Shown in pieces: positions 1 to 13,470 of a stretch of DNA of 64,000 nucleotides. The stretch lies in NCBI RefSeq assembly GCF_009914755.1, contig NC_060930.1. The stretch is one strand, 5' to 3'. Each line of letters starts with the position of its first letter. Position 1 is the stretch's first letter. This DNA is from the human T2T-CHM13v2.0 reference genome, Homo sapiens. The notes below the pieces were generated by a model, which did not search any database, was not told where the DNA came from, and saw only the letters and a program-made list of their open reading frames with translations. Made by a program: the position numbers and the translations under genes.

Positions 1-974
1 ATGCAATCTTTCTGCTGTGTTCCTGTGTAAACTGTGGCCAGAGTGAGGAGAAGGAGGGGCAACTTTGGGAAAGTCATATTTATAGGGCAGAGTGCCTCCC
101 CAATCCCCTACAACATCCTGGTGCCTCAATGTCTATGAGCTGAAAAATCAGCGCATAGAAAGAGACTCTTCTTGGCCACCATGTAATGAGGAGTGCAGCT
201 GCACTGGCGACCGCACAATTCCCAGGAGCAACCGGGCAACGCTCCAGCTCCTCTGAGAACTGCTGGGCTGGCAGAGACAGGGCCCTGACTTTTTCCCTCC
301 ACACTTGGAAACATGCATTACTTGAGCTCTCCCATGCTGGGAGGGGAGAAGCAGATTAAGCTACAGAAGTTGAACCAGAAGGTACTCTTTTACAAGGCTC
401 AGCCATCATTTCTCAGTGCTGGGCTAATTTACAGAGAAACATGGAGAAAAAGATAAATAGAGGTTTTGGAGTAATGTGCACTCCTAATATGTCAAGGATT
501 TGTAGCTTTATCTAGTTCCTTCTCACCCAACTTAAACTTAGATTTCTTAAAATTTTAAGGGACCTGAGAAATCAGCAAGCACAAAATAGCAATTAACTAA
601 GACTTCCTATCTGTAATGGGCTTAAAGCCTTTCAACCTATCATCAGATGAAAAAATATATATAAATTTTAGTTTGGTAACTTGTAGTAATAAATTATTTT
701 CTAGGAGAAAGGGAAGATTGAGGCTATTACCTAAAAATTTCACTTGTCTGTGAATTTTACACCTAAGTGTTCTCTTTGTATCTCGTTAGCACAAGTAACA
801 TAGGGTTGCATATGGGTCTAAGTAGCTTTCCAGAAAAATGACTCATAAAATGCAGATTATGTACCAGGTGCTTCACATGCAAAGCCAGATAACAAAAACA
901 AATAGGACTTGGTCCTACCTTCAAGGAGCTTATAACAGAGAAATTACAACAAAGGAAGTAAGTGGACAACTCTT

Positions 975-1042
975 TTTCATCATTTCATCTATATGTTTTT
1001 ACTTTCATCTATATGTTTTCATCATTTCATCTATATGTTTTT
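975..1042. repeat. Three copies of TTTCATCTATATGTTTT next to an Alu tail
   Basis: Directly visible. Confidence 0.85.
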
Positions 1043-1346
1043 CCTTTTTATTTATTTATTTAGACACAGAGTCTCACTCTGTCATCCAGGGTAGAGTACA
1101 GTGGCATGATCATAGCTCACTGCAACCTCAAACTCTTGGGCTCAAGCAATCCTCCTGCCTCAGCCCCCTGAGTAACTAGAGCTACAGGCATGCACCACAT
1201 GCCTGGCTAACTTTTTGATTATATTTTTGTAGAGATAGGTCTTTACTATGTTGTCCAGGCTGGTGTCAAACTCCTGGCCTCAAGCGATCCTCCTGCCTTG
1301 GCCTCCCAAAATGCTGGTATTACAAGTGTGAGCTAACATGTAGGCC
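1043..1346 (-). mobile_element. Alu (J-like)
   Basis: Alu consensus, reverse orientation. Confidence 0.9.
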
Positions 1347-2029
1347 TTGTATTTACTTTCTAACCTCTGATCTCCCTTCTAAGCTCCAGTCTTGAACATT
1401 CAACAAACTGGTTAGCGCCTGCCTCCTCTGCACCCAAACATTCCATCATTGCATTTTCAACCTGAAAATGCCTAAAACTGAATGCATTATTTTTCCTCCA
1501 AAATTGATTTTCCACCATTTATCAATGGTATCACAATTTTTAACATAATCTAAACACAAGACCTAGAAATGGGTTTTTATTTACCCCTTTCCTTATCCTC
1601 AAACTCAATTGCAATGTCTTATTGGTCATCTCTTTATAATCTGAGGATTCCACTCTCCTGCTCTAGTTTCTCTGCCTTACACCTTTATATCTGTTCCAAG
1701 ATATTCACATACTCTTGCACAAGTAACTAATTCTTCTGATTTTTTCTGCCTCCAAGCTCTCTCACCAACTCACATGCCATCACCTGAGAAATCTCTTGAA
1801 AATGTCTCTTTGATATGGCACTCAACTGCTCAAAAAATTTTTGTATCTAATCTTTGCTTATAGAAGAGCCTAATCATCTTAGTTTGGTATTTGCAACATC
1901 CCATCCTCTAGTTTACTGTCCATCATCATCACTCCTGGTTTCCCAAAGATATATTCTTTCCTATGGGCACCAGTTGCTAATATTTTTTCTCTACCTGGAA
2001 TGACTTCACCCCACCTCTCCCATGACCAC

Positions 2030-2399
2030 TGGATTAGCCCATTTTCACACTGCTATAAAGAAACACCCAAGACTGGGTAATTTATAAAGGAAAGGGGTTT
2101 AATTGACTCATAGTTCCGCATGGCTGGGGAGGCTTCAGGAAACTTACAGTCATGGAGGAAGGGGAAGAGGCACATCTTACATGATGGCAGGTGAGAGAGA
2201 GCAAGCAAGAGCAGGAAAAACTGCCATATAAAACCATCAGATGTTGTGAGAACTCACTCACTATCATGAGAACAGCATGGGGTAAAACACCCCCATGATC
2301 CAATCACCTCCCACCTGTTCCATCCCTTGACACGTGGGGATTATGGGGATTATAATTTGAGGTGAAATTTGGGTGGAGACACAGAACCAAACCATATCA
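2030..2399 (-). mobile_element. THE1D/MSTA-type MaLR solo LTR
   Basis: GACTGGGTAATTTATAAAG...CAAACCATATCA; 5-bp TSD ACCAC (2025-2029, 2400-2404). Confidence 0.92.
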
Positions 2400-5300
2400 A
2401 CCACCCTACTTCCAAGTGCTTTTCCCTGATCAATTCATCTCTTCATTCCCAGAGCACTTTTTAATGTCTACCACCCATATGCCCATATGTCATTATATAT
2501 TGTGTTACATTATTGTTATTTTTGTATCTGTCTTCCATTCTATATTTATTATCTGTAAAATACAAGGGGATGGTGTAGACAGTTTAAAGGTTTTAAGATA
2601 ATAAAACTTATAGTATGGGAAATAAAACATGTACACAAATAACATTATATGTATCAGCACATGATAAGTATTGTAAGAAAGTTAGAAAGCAGTGAAGCCA
2701 AGGAAAGAAGATTACCTGCAACTGAGTACCAGAGAAAAAAATTGTGGAAAAGGCAGCATTTGCAACCTTATGTTTGGATAACATTCTATGTCTTAGACGT
2801 ATTAGATTCTCCAGGAATACAAATTGATTGGCTAAATCACAATAAATGAATTAATGAATGATAAAAATGGACACAAAGAAACAATGTAAGTTATCAAAAG
2901 TCATTCACTAACTTAATGACAAAGATTACAGAAGTTTATAGAATAATGCATTCCATTTTAGGCATTTTCAGGTTGAAAATACAATTGAATGTTTGGATGC
3001 AGAAGATGCAGGCAGAAAACAGTTTGTTAAATGTTCAGAACTGGAGCTTAGTCCTGATAGGAGTCCCCATGAACAATTTTCAATCCAAATAGACATTCCC
3101 AGCTTTAATTTTTCCTGTAATCTTCAAGTCTTCTCAGATCCTGTATCATGATCTACCAGAGTTGTGTGATATTGTGTTGCTCTAGAGGTGGGCAGTGTCT
3201 GAGAGCCAATAGAGTGATGGGCACCGATCCTCCTTTTCAGTGCCTATAACTCCAAGCTGCTCCTGAAAATCTTTCTTTCTAAGGGAAATTAAATACCCTG
3301 GTTTTAACCATTCTGAGAGTAGGAGAATGAAAGCAGCTGCACAGACATGCCATTTGTCCTATTTATAACAAGCCTAGGTAGGCAATCACTCAGTTAGTTC
3401 ATGTTACAGTTGGGGAAATAAAGGTATCAGACATCAGGGAATTGCCTCAACTCACAGAACAAGCCAGCAGCAAGTAGATACTCCTGCTCTGAGTCCAGTG
3501 GGTCATGCCACTTCCAATTAGGACTAGTGCAAGGCTGGATAGAAATGTCCCTCCCTGGTTTGTAGCCAGAATCCATCCCCGGGCTTCCTTTGACAATGGA
3601 ACCTTTAGACAACCCTCGTCTCTTTAAGTATTAACAGACTGTATTAACTCTCCTGCCTGCCATGTACTGAGCTTCCTACCCCAACAGGCACTGACATTAC
3701 AGGTGTCTAAAGAGGAGGTTATAAATATTAATCAAGAGAGTGAAGTTCATGCCTGAGAATGTTATGACAGTTGAAGTAACACATAAGACAGAAATTGCTT
3801 CCACTGAATAAGGAGGTGTCTTTTCTCTGCGTGATGCCTCTGCCTGCAATGTAATTTCCTGTAGAGGTGGCAGAGCAGGAAAAAGTATAAAAGCAAACCA
3901 ATACGGTTCTTTATAATGAATACATGGATGAGGTCTTGTGAAAGTAAATAAAGTCCCTGTAAAACACCAGGAAATTTCTTTGAAAATAGCCCACAAATTG
4001 GCCATAAAGCTTACCTTAGCCTGAAAGCCAAGGTCATGCATATAATTAGAATCACTAAAAGAATCCAGACCAAGGATGAGGAGGAGCCTAAGTACTGTGC
4101 AGTGTGGGGAAGCAGGCAGAGAATGGACAAGTAGGAATGTTACTTCCTCTTGAATAGACTCCCGAAGAGATTCCACACACTCCATTCTCTTTTGGGGTGA
4201 GGTTTAGTAATGGGGACAAAAGGTTAACCATAAGAATTTCACCACTAGACTGAATTCCTGGCTTTGTGCAGTCAGTAGCATTTGTGATTTTTCCCATAAT
4301 TGGGATATTTCTTGAGTATTGCTAAACCTAAAGATACAGAAAAGGTACAGAGAGTGATTCCAAAATCCTTGAATTTTTATGAACCTAATTATTAAAAATT
4401 TTAAATAATTATGTTGGTTTCTCCTATTGGTACGTTATTAGAGTGTGTTTATATTAATAGCTCGTGTTTCTGTAGCTTTTAGTAGTTTACAAATGGTTTT
4501 TACCTGGATTACCTCATTTGAACCTTCCCCAACTATGTAAGCAAAGTTAATGAAGCTAAGAAAATGTAAGCAGCCAGTACAAGGTCAACTAACAGCCCAT
4601 ATGGCTCAGGGGAATTCACCAGGCAGAGCTTCTTTGGGTCATTCTGGCAAGGTGAGTTATTATGCCAAGGAACATATTAGCTGCTGGCTGCACATTGTGC
4701 CTCTGCCCAGGACTGCACATCTCACCAGTCATTGTATGAGAAGATCTCAGTGAAAACCAGATAAGAACAGACCATTATTCTCCAATTATTGTGTAAAAAG
4801 TATAGGCTTAAAGAATATTGATCTCTTGTTAAAGAAGTCTTTGGGACCCTACGTGTCAATTTAATGCCTAGGGTGCTCGAAAAATCTACGTGTTCTGTTG
4901 GAGAATCATGCTCATGCAGTGTAAAATAAAACATAAAGCTTTCATATATACACAGATGTGTATGTACACATGGATATATATGCATATATATGTAGTATAC
5001 TGAAATTATATGAAAATATACGATAAAAGTGTTTCTTGCAGTAACAATGAACACAGCAGTTGCTAATATTTCGAGTCCAGACAAATTTGTGAAATTGAGC
5101 CAGTCTTATGAAATTCAGTAAACCTGTAAGTATAATGTGGAAAAAACTGAATATAAATCTCAGCAAACACCAGAAATGGAAGACAGACAGAAAAAATGAG
5201 AATTCACTGAGTCTTTAATGAGGACATCATTTATATACACATTTTTCTTTAAAAGCAATGTATAGATCTTCAGACTTTTTATTGAATGAGAACTCGTTAT

Positions 5301-5588
5301 GTAATAACAAGTTATGTAATAAGCAGTATGTTTTGTAATAAGCAGTATGGCTAAAGAAATTACAGACATGAATGAATTTATCAGTGTCTGGGACTATTAA
5401 ATAAAAATTTTAAAAGAAAGAATGAATGATGGAAGGGAAGACTGGAGTAAGAAACATAGTGTCAAAATTGTCCTTTCTGGTCTACCACCAACTACGTGAA
5501 TAACCTAAGAGCAGTAAGCCTTCTGAACCCAGTTTTTTTCGTTTGTTAAATAAGAGAGTCAGATTGGGTCATCAAAAGATCTCTCTGT

Positions 5589-5758
5589 AGCCAGGCACAG
5601 TGGCTCATATCTGTAATCCCAGCTCTTAGGGAGGCAGAGGCAGGAGAAGAGCTTGAGCCCAGGAGTTTGACACTTGAGCCCAGGAGTTTGACACCTGCCT
5701 GGGCAATATAGCAAGACCCTGTTCTCTACAAAAAGGAAAAAAAAAAAGACAAAAAAAA
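5589..5758 (+). pseudogene. BC200 (BCYRN1)-like retrocopy, monomeric Alu-derived
   Basis: BC200-type features CCCAGCTCTTAGGGAGGC, ACCTGCCTGGGCAATATAGC, GTTCTC and the A-rich domain AAAAAGGAAAAAAAAAAAGACAAAAAAAA; 21-bp internal tandem duplication 5652-5693. Confidence 0.8.
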
Positions 5759-5873
5759 CTCAAGTAATAACAATAAAAAATAGTATTTTTGAGCTCCTCC
5801 TAAATATGAGATACTGGTTCAGTGCTTTACACACACATCAACACTAATCCTTAACACTCCTGCAAAGTGTTAC

Positions 5874-6443
5874 TGAGAGGTGAAGCCAGCTGGACTTCCT
5901 GGGTGGAATGGGGACTTGGAGAACTTTTCTGTCTTACAAGACGATTGTAAAACGCACCAATCAGCACTCTGTAGCTGGGACTGTAAAACTCACCAGTCAG
6001 CGCTCTGTAGCTAGCAAGAGGATTGCAAAATGCACCAATCAGTGCTCTGTAAAAATGCAGTAATCAGTGCTCTGTAGATAGCCAGAGGATTATAAAATGC
6101 ACCAATCAGTGCTCTGTAAAACACCAATCAGCAGGAGTCTAAAAGTAGCCAATCGTGGGGAGGACTGAAAAAAAGGCACTCTGATAGGACAGAAATGGAA
6201 CATGGGAGGGCACAAATAAGGGAATAAAAGCTGGCCACCCCAGCCAGCAGCGTCAACCAACTTGGGTCTCCTTCCACACTGTGGAAGCTTTGTTCTTTCG
6301 CTCCTCACAATAAACCTTGCTACCTCTCACTCTTTGGGTCTGTGCCATCTTTAAGAGCTGTAACACTCACCCAAAGGTCCACAGCTTCGTTCTTGAAGTC
6401 AGCGAGACCATGAACCCACCAGAAGGAACCAACTCCGGACATA
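5874..6443 (+). mobile_element. Solo LTR12-family (ERV9) LTR inserted in a MIR
   Basis: Starts TGAGAGGTGAAGCC; tandem CACCAATCAG-CTCTGT repeats; AATAAA motifs; ends CCGGACATA; 4-bp TSD TTAC (5870-5873, 6444-6447). Confidence 0.93.
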
Positions 6444-7221
6444 TTACTATTTATTTCCATTTTGTAGATGAGAAAACCAAAACGCAGTTTAAGTAACTTG
6501 TTTAAGGCCCCATGGATTATAGAAATAGAGGTAAGATTCATGTCCAGGTCTGTGTCTTTCCAAAGCCCGTATTACCTCCCAAGACACTAAAGTAAGCTGG
6601 CATCTTGTAGGCATAACCCAAGTGTTGAGATTATCTAGCCACTTTTGTATACACGTGGAGGATTATCCACTTTTATACACAAGATTTCCGTGTTGTCTAA
6701 GGAGGGTAGTAATTCAACCATTCTGTTCTGGGCTGCTAAGGGCATAAACCACAGCAGTCATTACGATATCCACTGGAGATCCTGATGGTGAACTCCTACC
6801 TAAATGAAACAGGCTTCCAGAATGCTGTGGATGGTAAACCCTATAAAATTATTGATGTTATTACTGAAGAAGGTGGATACCTGTTTCAAGTCTCTCTAGT
6901 AAGGAGAAAAGACTCATTGTTCAACCCACGGCTTAGTGAGTTTCTGAATAATAGGACTTTACTATATATGTATATGGATGTTATTGTTTCTACTAGGTCA
7001 GTCTCTGCTTGTTGACAACAAAACAAAAACAAAACAAAGACATATCCCTTAACATTAGGAGGTACAACTATTTCATATTCTATTATTAGCATGCTATGAG
7101 TCTAATGCATAATTAGGTATAATAACTAATGATACTTTGCTCATATACTTTGTCCTAAAATCTCTTAAAAACATGGAAAATGTCTGTTCAGTGTTTATCT
7201 TTTCACTTGCTTTTATAATTA

Positions 7222-7584
<363 letters not shown>

Positions 7585-8494
7585 TTATGGGAAATTTTCC
7601 TATTTTTATATTATCTGTTTTGGCATTATTTAAATTTTCTACAATGAGCCAGTTTTGGTTTTGTAATTAGAAAAAACAAGTAAATCACAACCTTTAACAA
7701 TAACTTCAAATTTTACATTACATAAATCTCATTAGAAGCATATGCATAATAAATCAGAAAATTTAGATTTATTTTGCCTCAAGATAAAATAGCAGCTCTT
7801 AGCATTAGAAGATGAAGTCTGTTCAGATGTGCAGAATATTATCTAATATCTAGTCTTCAATGAGTACCTAGGGAATGACAACATCTTACCAGAATGCCAC
7901 GTAGTATTGAGTCATAAAATGCCTTTAATTTAAAATCACCTCAAAAGTATACTCAAACCTTTGGCACAGAGAATGCTATGATCCCATGAGGGAAATGTCC
8001 TAATCCTTCAACACAAGGACTCCGGGTCATGTTCTTCATTTAAGCCTGCATCACCTCTTAATCTTGACAGCAAAATCCTCACCAAAATTTTGGCAAGCAC
8101 ACCAGGAATGATGCTGCCAAACAGGCATCAGTCTGGTTTCCTCTCTGCTAAAACATGAGGCCATTGAAAGTTTCTTGATGCAAATCACAAACAGGTTTCC
8201 TCAGAATGTGGTTGTTTATGAGCAGAAAGAAGAAAAATTACCCTAAAGTTACATCTACCTCCTCACCATCACTATATCATATCTGTTAGCAAACTACAGG
8301 CATTGGGTTGAATCTTCCCCCTGCACTCCATCCCTCTTTTGGTAAGACCCACAAACTAAGAATGATCTTTTAAATTGCTGCATAAAATTCGAATTTCAAT
8401 GTTCATAAATAAAATTTTAATGGGAACAGAGCCTACTCATTCATTTATGCATTGCCCATGGCTGCCTTGCTGCTACACTAGAGACTGGATGACT

Positions 8495-9100
8495 TTCTGC
8501 AGGAGTACTAGTAATAATGTCTCCCAAGTCCACCCAGAACCTCAGAATGTGACCTTATTGGGAAATAGGATCTTTGCAGATGTAATTAAGTTTCGATGAA
8601 GCCATACTGGATTAGAGTGGGTCCTAAATCCAATCACTGGTGTCCTTATATAAAAACACAGATATACAGTGGGAAGAAAGCCATGCTGTAATGAGGCTGA
8701 AATTGGAGTGAGGCATCTACTAATCAAGGATTGCCAGCAACCAGCAGAAGCTAGAAAAGAGGCATGGCCAGCCTGGGCAACTTAGCAAGACCCTGTCTCT
8801 ACAAAAAATAAAACAAAAATTAACCAGGCACGGTGGTGCACACCTATAGTGCTAGCTACTTAGGAGGCTAAGGCCTGAGGATCACCTGGACTCAGGAGGT
8901 CAGGCCTTGCAGTGAGCCATGATCATGCCACTGCACTCCAGCCTAAGTGACAGCATGAGACTCTGTCTCAACAACAACAACAAAAAAGGCATGGAATGTG
9001 TTCTCTCTCAGAGCCTCCAGACCTGCAAGGGTATACATTTCTGTTATTGTAAGCTACATAGTTTGTGGCATTTTGTTACAGCAGCCTAGAAAACTAATTC
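8495..9100 (+). mobile_element. MLT1 MaLR LTR interrupted by an Alu
   Basis: CCTCAGAATGTGACCTTATTGGGAAATAGG...TTTGTTACAGCAGCCTAGAAAACTAAT. Confidence 0.8.
8768..8988 (+). mobile_element. 5'-truncated Alu inside MLT1
   Basis: TSD AAAAGAGGCATGG / AAAAAGGCATGG. Confidence 0.9.
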
Positions 9101-9342
9101 ATTCCCCAAGTCTGAAATACCTGACACTTTACCCAAAACTGTTGGTGACCCCTGGTATAGAGCCCTGGTATAAAGGATTGTATTCCGGAAGAAAACTCAC
9201 ACAGAGTTAAGTTACCCTAGGTCAACTAAACCAGGGCAGTGCGGGGCCTGGTAAGGCATAAAAGCATTAAGAGACTATAGGGGAATTATAGGAGAGGGCA
9301 GTTCTTATCACACATGCTCTCATTTAACTTACAGTTTTTCTA

Positions 9343-9482
9343 GGCCAGGCATGGTGGCTCACTCCTGTAATCCCAGCACTTTGGGAGTCCAAGACAGAAG
9401 AATCATTTAAGCCCAAGAGTTCAAGACCAGCCAGCTTGGGCAATATAGTGAAACCCTGTCTCACTGCATATGTATGTATGCA

Positions 9483-9524
<42 letters not shown>

Positions 9525-9710
9525 CCAGGCCTAATGGCATGGTCCTATAAATCCAGCTACTCAGGAGGCTGAGATGGGAGGATTGCTTGAGCCCAGGTGG
9601 ATCAAGGCTGCAGTGAGCTGTGATCATGCCACTGGACTCCAGCCTGGGTGACAGAGCAAGACCCTGTCTCTAAAACAAAACAAAACAAAACAACAACAAC
9701 AACAACAAAA
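9343..9710 (+). mobile_element. Alu (J-like) with (CA)n in the linker
   Basis: TSD CTTACAGTTTTTCT; (CA)n ~9487-9518. Confidence 0.92.
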
Positions 9711-10218
9711 ACCTTACAGTTTTTCTGAAACTTACAGAAATGCAAAATGCTGAACACCTATTTTAGTGCCAATCACACATTATTATGTTGCATTGCATGA
9801 ATTTCAGCAATGGCACTTCAACTTATAAAGAAGTTCAGGAGCACCCCACTGATCTATTTTCCATAAGTGCAATAGACAGTCACTGTATTCGAGACTAGTG
9901 ATAAAGAGGGAACTGAGGAGGGATTAGCTGACTCTCAGTAAGGAATGATTCAAAATAGCTAAGTCTGAACCTGGTGCAAGAAGAATGCCACCTCTTTCCA
10001 GGCTCTAGGAAGAACTGTTACCACCACTACAGTCTAACAGCAGTACTTTAAATATCTTTAAACTCAGAGGCGCTCAAAAATACATGCTTATTGATTAATT
10101 AAACATTTATTTCCATTAATTGGTAAGATTTAAAGAAGAGTCAGGTTTTTGGTGAATTTCTGTTATATGTACATGATAAATAAAGAAAATAACATATATA
10201 TATTTATATATAAAATAG

Positions 10219-10541
<323 letters not shown>

Positions 10542-12831
10542 TGAATTTCTATCATATTTGATTGTAAGAGTCTTTATTGATGGTGCTCCACTGGAAATAA
10601 AAACACAAACGAAGAAATTGAAATGCCCCTTTCTCAATAACCACTTAATTTTAATTTATTTGACTCAAGACTAGATTTTTATTCTCTCGGCCTAATTATT
10701 CAAGTAAAAAGGATGAAACATATCCAGTAAGAGAAGGATAAAACATAAGGTATAATTTTAATACAAAAATACCCAGGATGCTGGTTATGGAAAACTGGGA
10801 AGGAATTCTGTGCCCAGGATACCAAACAGCACAAAAGGAAAAACATTTCTCTTAAGAACCAAATTATAATTTGCCTTGCATGCCAAAGAACTTCAAAGAC
10901 TTTGCTGATCCCTATGTCAACCACCATGATTTTTCAAGTGAAGCTGAAGGTTGAAATTTGGTTTGATGAGCCCCTTGCTTCTTCTTGGCTAAGAAAGAAA
11001 CAAGACTGCAAACCAGGCAAGTTACACTCTGCAAAGCTCCTTTACAAATGTTTTTCAGTAGAGCAGATTTGTGTCAGCCAAAGAAGCATAATGCCTCGGT
11101 GAAAAGCTGGGGCACCATCTTCCTAACACAGCTACCTCCAGCCCCTGTGGCTGAGCACTGGATCCCAGTGGCTCTCATTCCAGGTGTGGCTGCCTTGTGC
11201 AAGAACGAAGACAGGAGGCCTGTCTGATAGAACTTGCAGGTTTCATATGGGCAACAATAAGAATGAGACACAAATGGTAAATATATTGAAGTTTACATGT
11301 AATGGTGGAAAATATTTTCATTTTTAAAATGAAGACATTTTATTTTAAAAAATAATAAATTTTCTGTTAAGAGGACCCGGATTGAGGACAACAAACAAAG
11401 AACAGTCATGGTATTTGATGTACCGGATCACTATCAGCACTATGTCTTCCCAGGACTCTTCACCAGAAGGAAGGAACAAATACTAAAAGTAGAAGGCAAA
11501 TATATTCTGTGAGACCTCTATAAATAGTAACATAAAGATTTTACTAACATGTAAGACCTACTCAAGTCCTTCTCTTCACTTGTGGGAGACTCCACAGCTG
11601 GCATCTGCATACCAATGGATGTCAAAAAGGGTTCATATCCAACTGGCTCATTATCAAGTCAGGAGCCTACCACGAAAACAAGAGTGTCAGAATCCTCAGC
11701 TTTTATACTGCTTCAACCAGGACACCTAGACCTTTTCAAGCATGGATGATTTTCTCCACAAGTGCAGGAAATTCAGCTACCTCCTGAATCAAGAAGAAAA
11801 CTGTCTGTATTTTATTTTGTGTTCTTTACTTGTTTAACTGGCCTCCATACCATGAAACTTGGTTCCACTTATCTTTGATCCTCTCAGTCAGTTCCTTTTC
11901 TAAATGTTTTCTATTTAAAACAAGCCATGTTTTTATACTTTACCAAATCTATTTTTGACTGGATGAGCATTTAAGTGGACTGACTATGAATTTCAATTTC
12001 TCACTGTTATGTATTTGATCTGATCTCACAGGCATACTAGAATCTTGTTTGAGGCACTGTGCTTAAGAATAGGGGGGAAAGATGCAGTTTGTTAAATCTT
12101 TCAGGATTCTCCTTGTGAAATGGAATTAGTCGGCACACCTACTAACTTTAAAGAAAGTGGCTGGAGACCTTTGCCTATTCAAGGGACAGAATGCATCAAG
12201 CTTCCTCCTGATAAGCCACCTGCAGAAACGGTTGTTAGGGTATACCATTAAGCCCACATCTATACATTTTGTGCCTTTAGTTTAAGTTTTGTTTAAACAC
12301 TCTGGTTTTATTTATTTCAAAATTTATTTATTGAAATCACTGATTTGCACTGATATTAAAATATTTGATGATAGACTCACAATGTACCAATAATTGCTGA
12401 AACTACCATCATGTTTTCAACTGTTGACAGTGATCAAACAATTCTGTTTTGCAACTGCACTAAATAAAAGACAAAATGCAAAGTTTAATTATAATGAGAT
12501 TAAGTTTTTTCAGTCTTTAATGAGATATAAAACTTATGAATAAGATGACCTTTTAGAGCTTTATTTCATAGATAAAATTTGAGATTACTATTTAAGAAAT
12601 TTTGCTTAGGTTTCATTTGTGTGAAGCCTTTAAAGAAATGTTAGGTTAAAAACAGACTCCCTAAATTCCATCAACATAAATATTACTTACTTCGAACATG
12701 AATAGAATTTGAGAAATGAACCTTACACATTTATTCTAATTTCTTATGAGTCAAATTTATGGGATTAGGCTATATTTTTCTTGACTCAGATTCATTATTC
12801 AACATAAGCTACATTCAAAGAGAGAGAGAGA

Positions 12832-13144
12832 GGCCAGGCGCGGTGGCTCACGCCTGTAATCCCAGTAATTTGGGAGGCCAAGGCGAGTGGATTTCCTGAG
12901 GTCAGGAGTTCGAGACCAGCCTGGCCAACATGGTAAAACCTCGTCTCTACTAAATATGCAAAAAACAGCCAGATATGGTGGCAGGTGCCTGGAATCCCAG
13001 CTACTAGGGAGGCTGAGGGAGGAGAATTGCTTGAACTCCAGAGGCAGAGGTTGCAGTGAGCTTAGATGGCGTTATTGCACTCCATCCTGGGCGACAGAGC
13101 AAGACCCTATCTCAAAATAAAATAAAATAAAATAAAAAATAAAA
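12832..13144 (+). mobile_element. Alu (S-like)
   Basis: Full dimer, (TAAAA)n tail, AAAGAGAGAGAG flanks. Confidence 0.95.
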
Positions 13145-13470
13145 GAGAGAGAGAAAGATAGCAACAAGAATGGGGCAGTAGTAAAAGAATCTGCCTTATT
13201 GTGGGGGGAGTCCCAGTCAGAAGACTTGGTCTCTAATCTAAATTCTGTTATTAACTAGTTGCACTTAGGCAAATCACTTACTATTTCTGCCATCTCCTCC
13301 TGCATGTGGCACATATGTGGGTAACTCATTTAAAAACAACAGGAAGAAGATAAAATTATAGATTATCTAGGAATAATTTGCATAACATATAATGAAGACA
13401 ACTGTAAACCTATATGTAAGGATGAAAAAAAGACCTGAATACCTGTATATATAATATTATACAGATATCA

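Larger units (their letters stand above)
8280..9155. mobile_element. MER58-like hAT DNA element split by the MLT1 insertion
   Basis: GTTAGCAAACTACAGG...AATAAAATTTTAATGGGAACAGAGCC...; resumes ~9100 and ends GTTGGTGACCCCTG. Confidence 0.6.

Noticed and set aside
3697-4185. 162-aa minus-strand ORF (similarly 15213-15692 and 22522-22929)
   Set aside because: No recognisable homology or exon structure; the 15.2 kb ORF is antisense L1 remnant.
5950-6140. Regularly spaced CACCAATCAG repeats resembling a CRISPR-like array
   Set aside because: Normal tandem NF-Y enhancer repeats of LTR12 in a eukaryotic genome.
11380-11800. Balanced-composition stretch that looked like decayed coding sequence
   Set aside because: No ORF or family recognised; may be an ancient LINE remnant and needs a Dfam/tBLASTx search.
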